From contig JBOZIK010000001.1 of NCBI GenBank assembly GCA_051453625.1, forward strand, positions 17,436,080 to 17,456,079: a stretch of 20,000 nucleotides of DNA, in the 5' to 3' direction. This document shows positions 10,860-20,000 of the stretch, piece after piece. The notes beneath the pieces are model-generated. The model worked only from the letters and a program-made list of their open reading frames with translations, was not told the origin of the DNA and did no database searches. The DNA is from Welwitschia mirabilis. Its lineage: Eukaryota. Every line of letters starts with the position of its first letter. The stretch's first letter is position 1. A program made the position numbers and the translations under genes.

Positions 10860-11245
10860 TCCTTTTTAAGATATCCTAATCTAATTTCTACTACCCCTCT
10901 TTATAATAAATAGTAGCATCTGTAGTAACCATTCGAGGTATTCCTAGAATTACTCCATGAGTATCTCCTTAGGTTTTCATTACTAAAGAATCTATTAAAT
11001 AGATAAATCGCTAAAGTTTGATGGGTATATCCTTTAGAAATCCTTCCATTATTACTACAAAATCATATGCTAGGTATATTTTTCTTTGGTAATGTATCAA
11101 ATTTGGCTTTTTCAATTCTTCATAAGTTTCATATTCCATCATATTAACATTTACTTCTAGATCCACAACTGCTTCTAATTTAAACTTTCCATTAATTTTT
11201 ATGTCTTTTGTAGATGTTCCTAGATCATTGTACTTTTTATGTTCT
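10860..11245 (-). pseudogene. gypsy aspartic protease
   Basis: KYNDLGT..AVVDLEVNVNMM (cf. DLGASVN; Asp at 11161-11163)...VILGIPRMVTTDATI (cf. ILGRPxLAT). Confidence 0.85.
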
Positions 11246-11246
11246 T

Positions 11247-11559
11247 TATTTTAAAGAACTTACATAAAGGCCTAAGAGCCTTCATCATTTCTCACCATCT
11301 CAATTTATTTTTTCTTCTTACTTTTCTTTTAATTCATTTGTTTTAAGTACATTCTTTTCATTTGCTTCTAATANNNNNNNNNNNNNNNNNNNNNNNNNNN
11401 NNNNNNNNNNNNNNNNNNNNNNNNNNNNNNNNNNNNNNNNNNNNNNNNNNNNNNNNNNNNNNNNNNNNNNNNNTATTTTAAAGAACTTACATAAAGGCCT
11501 AAGAGTCGGGGGGGGGTCTCACTATCTCAAGTACATTCTTTTCATCTGCTTCAAATACA
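11247..11559. repeat. Redundant pair (11247-11373 / 11474-11559) around a 100-N gap
   Basis: Shared TATTTTAAAGAACTTACATAAAGGCCTAAGAG and AAGTACATTCTTTTCAT(T/C)TGCTTC. The second copy has a G-run and lacks ~45 bp. Confidence 0.85.
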
Positions 11560-13199
11560 TAGGTACATCTTTAGTAATTTTAAAAGAGGTAATGATATTG
11601 TTATATCTTCTAAGATCTTTGTTAAATATTTTATGTCCTTTTTAATTTTTAGATGTTATATTTATTTACTTCTCATTGGAAAAGGTAGAGGTTTTGTTGA
11701 TACATCCATTACTACTTCCTTCTCCATATTTACTTGGTCTTCATCTATCATTATTTTTTTTTCTAGATCTAGTATTTATTACTTTAATTATTTCTTATCT
11801 TAAATTTAGTTAAGGTTGAGTAGGAATTTTTATTTCTTTCTTTTCTACCTCTGATTTTTCTTTTATATCTTTTAAATCTTTGTTTCTTCATTTCCTATAA
11901 TAGTCATATTGCTTTTGCCTCTTTGATTTTACATACTTTTATGAATGATTTTCTGAATTATCTTTTCATTTCCTACTTTGGAAAGGGTATGTTTTTTTTC
12001 TTATTTAAGATTGATTTTCTATATTTCAATNNNNNNNNNNNNNNNNNNNNNNNNNNNNNNNNNNNNNNNNNNNNNNNNNNNNNNNNNNNNNNNNNNNNNN
12101 NNNNNNNNNNNNNNNNNNNNNNNNNNNNNNNNNNNNNNNNNNNNNNNNNNNNNNNNNNNNNNNNNNNNNNNNNNNNNNNNNNNNNNNNNNNNNNNNNNNN
12201 NNNNNNNNNNNNNNNNNNNNNNNNNNNNNNNNNNNNNNNNNNNNNNNNNNNNNNNNNNNNNNNNNNNNNNNNNNNNNNNNNNNNNNNNNNNNNNNNNNNN
12301 NNNNNNNNNNNNNNNNNNNNNNNNNNNNNNNNNNNNNNNNNNNNNNNNNNNNNNNNNNNNNNNNNNNNNNNNNNNNNNNNNNNNNNNNNNNNNNNNNNNN
12401 NNNNNNNNNNNNNNNNNNNNNNNNNNNNNNNNNNNNNNNNNNNNNNNNNNNNNNNNNNNNNNNNNNNNNNNNNNNNNNNNNNNNNNNNNNNNNNNNNNNN
12501 NNNNNNNNNNNNNNNNNNNNNNNNNNNNNNNNNNNNNNNNNNNNNNNNNNNNNNNNNNNNNNNNNNNNNNNNNNNNNNNNNNNNNNNNNNNNNNNNNNNN
12601 NNNNNNNNNNNNNNNNNNNNNNNNNNNNNNNNNNNNNNNNNNNNNNNNNNNNNNNNNNNNNNNNNNNNNNNNNNNNNNNNNNNNNNNNNNNNNNNNNNNN
12701 NNNNNNNNNNNNNNNNNNNNNNNNNNNNNNNNNNNNNNNNNNNNNNNNNNNNNNNNNNNNNNNNNNNNNNNNNNNNNNNNNNNNNNNNNNNNNNNNNNNN
12801 NNNNNNNNNNNNNNNNNNNNNNNNNNNNNNNNNNNNNNNNNNNNNNNNNNNNNNNNNNNNNNNNNNNNNNNNNNNNNNNNNNNNNNNNNNNNNNNNNNNN
12901 NNNNNNNNNNNNNNNNNNNNNNNNNNNNNNNNNNNNNNNNNNNNNNNNNNNNNNNNNNNNNNNNNNNNNNNNNNNNNNNNNNNNNNNNNNNNNNNNNNNN
13001 NNTTCATTAATTTAGAAAAAATCTATTCTTTCACAATCTTTCCAAGAGTGGTTTCATCCATTATAAAATCTTCCTCTTCTATTTCTATTTTAATCTTACT
13101 TCTAGTTTGCTCATTCTAATCATATTTATTAGGGTCTTTAACAGCTTTCTCATTATGCCATTTCCCTTGTCTATCTCATTAAATTATAGAATTATTCAT
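11500..13199 (-). pseudogene. gypsy gag region (core mostly inside the gap 12031-13002)
   Basis: Candidate ATG at 13199: MNNSII**DRQGKW. KIPTQP*LNL at ~11800-11830 (cf. LPSQPxxNP), PLPFP at ~11675-11692, ITISLPLLKITKDVPMY at ~11557-11607. Confidence 0.7.
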
Positions 13200-13222
13200 C
13201 TCTTCTAGTTGGCTTTAGGATA

Positions 13223-13240
13223 GTCCTCATCCTAGTGCCA
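13223..13240 (-). promoter_or_regulatory. Primer-binding site, best resembling tRNA-Asn
   Basis: LTR end ...TTTCATCA (13244), then TTT, then TGGCACTAGGATGAGGAC. 13 of the first 16 nt match TGGCGCTAGAAGGAGG, the complement of the plant tRNA-Asn 3' end as recalled from memory. Confidence 0.6.
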
Positions 13241-15100
13241 AAATGATGAAAGCTTATGTTANNNNNNNNNNNNNNNNNNNNNNNNNNNNNNNNNNNNNNN
13301 NNNNNNNNNNNNNNNNNNNNNNNNNNNNNNNNNNNNNNNNNNNNNNNNNNNNNNNNNNNNNNNNNNNNNNNNNNNNNNNNNNNNNNNNNNNNNNNNNNNN
13401 NNNNNNNNNNNNNNNNNNNNNNNNNNNNNNNNNNNNNNNNNNNNNNNNNNNNNNNNNNNNNNNNNNNNNNNNNNNNNNNNNNNNNNNNNNNNNNNNNNNN
13501 NNNNNNNNNNNNNNNNNNNNNNNNNNNNNNNNNNNNNNNNNNNNNNNNNNNNNNNNNNNNNNNNNNNNNNNNNNNNNNNNNNNNNNNNNNNNNNNNNNNN
13601 NNNNNNNNNNNNNNNNNNNNNNNNNNNNNNNNNNNNNNNNNNNNNNNNNNNNNNNNNNNNNNNNNNNNNNNNNNNNNNNNNNNNNNNNNNNNNNNNNNNN
13701 NNNNNNNNNNNNNNNNNNNNNNNNNNNNNNNNNNNNNNNNNNNNNNNNNNNNNNNNNNNNNNNNNNNNNNNNNNNNNNNNNNNNNNNNNNNNNNNNNNNN
13801 NNNNNNNNNNNNNNNNNNNNNNNNNNNNNNNNNNNNNNNNNNNNNNNNNNNNNNNNNNNNNNNNNNNNNNNNNNNNNNNNNNNNNNNNNNNNNNNNNNNN
13901 NNNNNNNNNNNNNNNNNNNNNNNNNNNNNNNNNNNNNNNNNNNNNNNNNNNNNNNNNNNNNNNNNNNNNNNNNNNNNNNNNNNNNNNNNNNNNNNNNNNN
14001 NNNNNNNNNNNNNNNNNNNNNNNNNNNNNNNNNNNNNNNNNNNNNNNNNNNTACTAGCCTACTAACATAATAACTACCTTGCATATTAACTTAAATACTA
14101 AAGTGAAATATTGAATACAATCTAAAATGTTTAATTATAAGAATAAAAACATTTCATTAATAATCAAAATTTACATCATTAGTAGTTCCCATCATGGATG
14201 CTTTAAAGAATGAATATTGAATACCATCTTTTGGGGAGGGACGGAGGGGGTGGTGGGTGGGTTTGGGGGGTGGGAGGCGGGGTGGGCGAANNNNNNNNNN
14301 NNNNNNNNNNNNNNNNNNNNNNNNNNNNNNNNNNNNNNNNNNNNNNNNNNNNNNNNNNNNNNNNNNNNNNNNNNNNNNNNNNNNNNNNNNNNNNNNNNNN
14401 NNNNNNNNNNNNNNNNNNNNNNNNNNNNNNNNNNNNNNNNNNNNNNNNNNNNNNNNNNNNNNNNNNNNNNNNNNNNNNNNNNNNNNNNNNNNNNNNNNNN
14501 NNNNNNNNNNNNNNNNNNNNNNNNNNNNNNNNNNNNNNNNNNNNNNNNNNNNNNNNNNNNNNNNNNNNNNNNNNNNNNNNNNNNNNNNNNNNNNNNNNNN
14601 NNNNNNNNNNNNNNNNNNNNNNNNNNNNNNNNNNNNNNNNNNNNNNNNNNNNNNNNNNNNNNNNNNNNNNNNNNNNNNNNNNNNNNNNNNNNNNNNNNNN
14701 NNNNNNNNNNNNNNNNNNNNNNNNNNNNNNNNNNNNNNNNNNNNNNNNNNNNNNNNNNNNNNNNNNNNNNNNNNNNNNNNNNNNNNNNNNNNNNNNNNNN
14801 NNNNNNNNNNNNNNNNNNNNNNNNNNNNNNNNNNNNNNNNNNNNNNNNNNNNNNNNNNNNNNNNNNNNNNNNNNNNNNNNNNNNNNNNNNNNNNNNNNNN
14901 NNNNNNNNNNNNNNNNNNNNNNNNNNNNNNNNNNNNNNNNNNNNNNNNNNNNNNNNNNNNNNNNNNNNNNNNNNNNNNNNNNNNNNNNNNNNNNNNNNNN
15001 NNNNNNNNNNNNNNNNNNNNNNNNNNNNNNNNNNNNNNNNNNNNNNTATGATAGGACATCGAAGGATCTTTACGAGACATACTTGTAATTATCATGGTAA

Positions 15101-17580
15101 TGATGTGGCTACTCTAAAAACCCTATAAATATAAAATAAGATGTAGTTTTAATGAATAAATATGAATTTGAATTATTTGCAAACTATGAATACATGAAAT
15201 AAAAGAACAAAAGATCTGCAATATAGAAATTCAACATAAAAGGGAAAAGAAAAATACAAGCATTGAAGAACAATAAGATGAAGAGGTTAAGATTAAAATT
15301 TGAATTTCTTTCTCAATGTATTCAAAATTGTAGAGTGATGGAAATTACATCAATTCTTATAAAATCACAAAATTGCTTTTGAATTTAGTGAATGGAAATT
15401 AAAATCTAGAGAGATAAAATTATGTTGGCTTCTTTTCAAACCACCCTACATCTCTCTTTTGCCACAGTCTCTCCTCCTATTCAAACACAGATCCTTTCTA
15501 TATTTGTTCTCAACATATTCTTCCTTTTCTAGAATGCATCTATTCCATTACATCCCTTTATTTTCCTAGCTAGCTAGTATCTCTTTAATCAAATTATCTC
15601 TCTCTAGAAGTTTGATGGAGGAGGTAATTAATAGATCTTTCATCACCATCCTTTTGATATAGTGTATGTCCTTGTATCTTCTAGTCACATCTCCTTATTC
15701 TTCTCCTTAATAATGTTCTAGGTATTACCAACTTTTTGGCCTATCTATGGCATCCTATTCCTCTTGTATCATTTGATATTTTCTTTCTTCTTTTTCTTAT
15801 GTAACTTTTTGTAGTTTAATTTTGGGATCTCCCTTTGTTTCCCTCTCTAACATTAACTCTTCCTACCTTTCTTCTTATCTTGGAGTTGTTAAATGATGCC
15901 TATATTACATTAGTAGTAGTCTCTCTATATTGATGAATTTGTAAAATTTTCAACACTTCTTTCACATAACCAGCCTTTATCATAATGTTTAAACTAGAAG
16001 TAACATAATCTTAAAAAATAACTAGTCTAATAAGATGCATCACAATAGCCTACTCTATTAATCCCATGTTCAAGCTGAATATCTTTAGTTCCTTTAATTA
16101 TTTTCTTCAAGAGAGACTGGATTCAATCTTCCAAGGAAATGCCAACCCTCAATTTCATGAAAGGATTTATATCTTTATAATCTTTCAAAACTATCATACT
16201 TACCCAAGTAAATTTAATGCAATGGATAAGATAGGATTAATGATGAACTTAAAAGACACCATAATAAAAGAAAGTGAAAATAATAGATATTAAATGGGGA
16301 TGAAGGGTATTATTATATGGATTGTTTTTTATCAAACATAAGGAATTAAAGAAAATATGCATAAGTTATCACTATGAATAATATTAGATAAAGAAAGATC
16401 AAGGTGAACGCAAAGTGAAGAGGTGTTATGCTACTAACTTATACATATTTGATAAGGTATTTTGANNNNNNNNNNNNNNNNNNNNNNNNNNNNNNNNNNN
16501 NNNNNNNNNNNNNNNNNNNNNNNNNNNNNNNNNNNNNNNNNNNNNNNNNNNNNNNNNNNNNNNNNCCACAGTCTCTCCTTTTATTCAAACACAGATCCTT
16601 TCTATATTTGTTCTTAACATATTCTTCCTTTTCTAGAAGGCATCTACTCCACTACATCCCTTTATTTTACTAGCTGGCTGGTATCTCTTTAATCAAATTA
16701 TATCTCTCTAGAAGTTTGATGGAGGAGGTAATTAATAGATCTTTCCTCACCATCATTTTGATATAGTGCATGTCCTTATATCTTCTAGTCATAACTCCTT
16801 ATTATTCTCCTTAATAATGTTCTAGGTATTGCCAAATTTTTGGCTTATCTATGGCATCCTATTCCTCTTGTATCATTTGATATTTACTTTCTTCTTTTTC
16901 TTATGAAACTTTTTGTAGTTCAATTTTGGAATCTCCCTTTGTTTTCCTCTCTAACATTAACTCTTCCTACCTTTCATCTTAGCTTGGAGTTATTAAATGA
17001 TGCCTATAGTACATTAGTAGCAGTCTCTCTATATTGATGAATTTGTAAAAGTTTCAACACTTCTTTCACATGACCAGCCTCTGTCATAATCTTTATATTA
17101 GAAGTCACATCATTTTCAAAAACAACTAGTCTAATAAGATGCATCACAATAGTCTACTCTATTAATCCCATGTCCAAATTGAATATCTTTAGTTCCTTTG
17201 AGTATTTTCTTCAAGAAAGATTGGATTCAAACTTCCAAGAAAATGCCAACCCTCAATTTCATGAAAGGCTTTATATCTTTATAACCTTTTAAAACTATCG
17301 TACTTACCCAAGCAAAGTTAATTCAATGGATAAGCTTGGATTAATAATAAACTTAAAAGACATCATAATAAAAGAAAGTGAAAATAACAGATATTAAATG
17401 GGGATGAAGGTTATTATTATATGGATTGTTTTCTATCAAACATAAGGAATTAAAGGAAATATGCATAATTTATAACTATGAATAATATTAGATAAAGAAA
17501 GAGTGGAGTGAATGCAAAGTAAAGAGGTGTTGTGCTGCTAACTTATACATATTTGATAAGGTACTTTAAGTTTTTTAATA
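15101..17580 (-). mobile_element. LTR-type insertion (solo LTR of ~1.38 kb shown with redundancy, or two LTRs around an unsized gap) with GGTAA target-site duplication
   Basis: GGTAA at 15096-15100 and 17581-17585. Left terminus TGATG; right terminus ...TAATA (CA>TA would be one transition). Orientation is inferred from base skew only. Confidence 0.65.
15462..17569. repeat. 1004-bp direct repeat pair (15462-16465 / 16566-17569) around a 100-N gap
   Basis: Colinear and equal in length; 9 mismatches in the first ~120 nt, mostly transitions. Confidence 0.95.
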
Positions 17581-17851
17581 GGTAAATAGATAGGTAAATG
17601 CTTGGTTTCCATGATAATGGAGAGCTAGGATGAAAATAATGGAAATATGCAATCTCTATGATAATACATAAGAATTCTGAACAAATATGAATACTTTGTG
17701 TTTTTGAAGATAACTTTTTGCAAACATCAATGCTAATGCAATAACCAAAGAATTATTGAAGTTCATCATTCACCTCATCATTTAGATGATTGTATGGAGG
17801 ACTATGCCAACAGGATACTAACTATAGTCTAATTGGTATCTAATGTGGATC

Positions 17852-19275
17852 GATTATTAGGTGGAATCATCTCATCTATCGTCTAGATGATAATTTAGAT
17901 GACAATGTTATAACGTTTATATTGAACATTCACTAAACTTTTGCCACTTATATTTTCATTTTCTTTTTATGCAGCTATTACGATTTACCCATATCTTTCT
18001 ATTTTTGCTATTATGTATTTTAGTCAATAAATAGAAATCTTATCCTTAACTTCTACTTGTCTTCTTTTGCATATTAAATTCACATGATAAGAGATCAAAG
18101 AACTAGAGATTCATCTTATTGTTTTAGATAAATGTTTCCTTAGTATTGGGCGATGTTTTCTCTATTGAGATGTATCTACTTTATAACATAGATTTATTTT
18201 GATTATTAATGCAATACATTTCCTTTTTATAACATAGATTTATTTTGATTATTAATGCAATAAATTTCCTTTTTATGCTTTAATGTGTGAATATTTCACT
18301 CCCTCATAGCTTATGTTGCTTAAGATCTAGTGATAGTTTCTCTTGTAATTTAGGTTATGAGGGAAACCTTTATCAAGGTTATGCTTTGTTAGTTTAGGTT
18401 AAGTGCATTATTTTCTTGTTTTCCTACATTAGCTTTGCACAAGCATATTTACTTTACTTCCATGCATTGAAAGTTATTTTTGTAGATTACGATACAAGAA
18501 TTTCTCTTTTGAAAGTAACTCTCTTATTTTCTACTTNNNNNNNNNNNNNNNNNNNNNNNNNNNNNNNNNNNNNNNNNNNNNNNNNNNNNNNNNNNNNNNN
18601 NNNNNNNNNNNNNNNNNNNNNNNNNNNNNNNNNNNNGATTATGAGGTGGAATTATCTCCTCTATCATTTAGATGATAAGTTGGATGACAGTGTTGTAACA
18701 TTTGTACTGAACATTTACTAAACTTTTGCAACTTATATTTCCATTTTATTTTTATGTAGCTATTATGGTTTACCCATATCTTTCTATTTTTGTTACTATG
18801 TATTTTAGTTAATAAATAGAGACATTATTCTTAACTTCTACTTGTCTTCTTTTGCATATTAAATTCAAATGATAAAAGATCAAAGGACTAGAGATTCATC
18901 CTATTGTTTTAGAGAAATGTTTCCTTAGTATTGGGTGACATTTCCTCCATTGAGATGTATCTACTTTATAACACAGATTTATTTTGATTATTAATGTAAT
19001 ACATTTTCTTTTTATGCTTTAATGTGTAAATATTTCACTCCCTCATAGCTTATGTTGCTTAAGATCTGGTGATAGTTTCTCTTGTGATTTAGGTTATGAG
19101 GGAAACCCTTGTTAAGGATGTGCTTTGTTAGTTTAGGTTAAGTGCATTATTATCTTATTTTCATACATTAGCTTTACACAAGCATATTTACTTTACTTTC
19201 ATGCATTGCAAGTTATTTTTGTAGATTAGGATATAAGAATTTCTCCTTTGAAAGTAATCCTCTTATTTCCTACTT
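17852..19275. repeat. ~639-bp direct repeat pair (17852-18536 / 18637-19275) around a 100-N gap
   Basis: Colinear copies; the first carries an extra 46 bp. Confidence 0.95.
18181..18272. repeat. 46-bp tandem duplication
   Basis: TTATAACATAGATTTATTTTGATTATTAATGCAATA(C/A)ATTTCCTTT occurs twice; single in the partner copy at ~18966-19011. Confidence 0.92.
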
Positions 19276-19408
19276 GGACTTTCGATGGATTATAACATTT
19301 AAGTTAACTACCATCTATATTAGTGTGTTGTGTTTATTCATTATTATTTGTGATTAATAGAATTATACTTAGGACATAAACATTGCATAAATATGCATTG
19401 CAACATCT

Positions 19409-19426
19409 TGGTATCATTGCCAAGGA
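19409..19426 (+). promoter_or_regulatory. Primer-binding site, decayed tRNA-Asp type (Athila)
   Basis: TGGTATCATTGCCAAGGA versus canonical TGGCGCCGTTGCCGGGGA: all 6 differences are C>T or G>A. Confidence 0.75.
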
Positions 19427-20000
19427 AGGCTACTTGGAGTTTGATAGTTATCATTGCTTTGATTAGTATTTTAGTTCAGATGCTTATTACAACAGTGGTA
19501 TATCAATATTTGTAGTAGTATAAGTTTTTTATTTTTGCATAGTCAGTTTTTTATTTTTCAAAGTAAAGTGTATTTTTTTGTTCTATAATAAATGGAAATC
19601 ATCTAGTTTATCATCTAGACGATGTGCAGTGATAATAGGTTTTGTGCTATGAGTTTTCTATTTTAGATTTCTATTAAAATTTTTCGTGTTTTATTTCATC
19701 GTCCCCTTGGTTGTCTAGATAACTTAAGTATATGTTAGTTTGTTTTTTGAGTTTTTTGTCAAAGTCAGTCTTTTGTTTCTATTTTTTACTTTTTTCTTTT
19801 TTGTGGTTTCTGTGCTTCTATCATCCAGGATATCATCCAAATGATGGAAAGGATGGCACTTTACACATCTGAGATTGAGCATAAATGGTTAAATCTAGTA
19901 ATAAAGAAAAATACTAGAGATAGAAGTTGCTAATTGCTAAAAATATTAGTGAATGTTTGATAAATTTAGAACCTAAAATAAGTAAAAACAATGAAGTTAT

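Larger units (their letters stand above)
8421..13261 (-). mobile_element. Degenerate Ty3/gypsy non-chromovirus element, Athila-like, truncated in integrase
   Basis: Minus-strand order LTR end-PBS-gag-PR-RT-RNaseH-INT, with Athila-type motifs in each domain. Confidence 0.9.
15047..20000 (+). mobile_element. 5' part of a plus-strand Athila-like element: 5' LTR (start hidden in gap, end 19405), PBS and leader; interrupted by the 15101-17580 insertion
   Basis: ...GCATTGCAACA at 19405 is followed after 3 nt by an Asp-type PBS. T-rich U5 and leader. Removing 15101-17585 rejoins the flanks into a hairpin. Confidence 0.7.

Noticed and set aside
10698..10913. Hydrophobic 71-aa plus-strand ORF suggesting a membrane peptide
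   Set aside because: It is the antisense shadow of the A-rich gypsy PR-RT spacer. ORF 6036-6224 is likewise antisense to the copia gag start.
49..11245. Alternative genetic code, RNA editing or fungal RIP as the cause of in-frame stops
   Set aside because: Stops come with frameshifts and decayed catalytic residues, differ between duplicate copies and include G>A changes. The elements are plant lineages, so methylation-linked decay is sufficient.
11508..11516. G homopolymer as a possible polypurine tract
   Set aside because: It replaces ordinary sequence seen in the redundant copy (~11279-11290) next to a 100-N gap and lies mid-gag/protease; likely a base-calling artefact.
14052..14067. Possible start of the minus-strand gypsy 5' LTR (TGTTAGTAG at 14067)
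   Set aside because: Only 16 nt are visible beyond the gap, with no partner LTR or TSD to test; not supportable.
14233..14290. G-rich tract resembling a G-quadruplex, a Gly/Pro-rich ORF or a Stowaway-like end (GGGACGGAGGG)
   Set aside because: Abrupt composition shift directly against a gap, no partner TIR and no TA target site; most likely a degraded read end. A real G-tract that broke the assembly cannot be excluded.
841..15128. Long ORFs in the supplied track (e.g. 4590-5627, 7398-8219, 11923-13119, 14157-15095)
   Set aside because: They are long only because N-runs contain no stop codons; they are not evidence of genes.
15460..17400. Possible env-like or other extra ORF in the 1-kb repeat (ORFs 16066-16293, 16840-17037, purine-rich minus frames)
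   Set aside because: Hand translation gives frequent stops and no recognisable motif, and the ORFs are not open in both copies; fits LTR sequence.
15101..17780. Alternative LTR boundaries TGATG...CATCA ending at 17780
   Set aside because: The flanks GGTAA and TTTAG give no TSD, and the CATCA belongs to the recurring palindrome motif; 17580 fits better.
19880..20000. Possible gag start of the plus-strand element (RDRSC*L resembling an RDxxGR motif)
   Set aside because: Too short and degenerate at the window edge to call.

Overview
AT-rich, gap-riddled eukaryotic (plant-type) scaffold made almost entirely of old, nested, pseudogenised LTR retrotransposons. No host gene, RNA gene, CRISPR array or intact ORF is supported. 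From left to right: (1) a minus-strand Ty1/copia element of Sirevirus (SIRE/Maximus) type, with 5' LTR ~6198-7417, a Met-like PBS and gag-PR-INT-RT-RNaseH ending at ~49, carrying an internal duplication/inversion at ~3214-4620; (2) the 3' end of a plus-strand Athila-like LTR (8143-8420) that cuts into (3) a minus-strand Athila-like Ty3/gypsy element (8421-13261); (4) a plus-strand Athila 5' LTR plus Asp-like PBS and leader (15047-20000), interrupted by (5) a minus-strand LTR insertion (15101-17580) with a GGTAA target-site duplication. Decay is dominated by C>T/G>A transitions. All four exactly-100-N gaps are flanked by redundant sequence, so several apparent tandem duplications are probably assembly artefacts. 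I did not find a new biological system. The best leads are the template-switch-like rearrangement, the nesting order, the decayed CpG palindrome arrays and the atypical Athila-like lineage. All translations and alignments were done by hand, and family calls rest on recalled motifs, not database searches.
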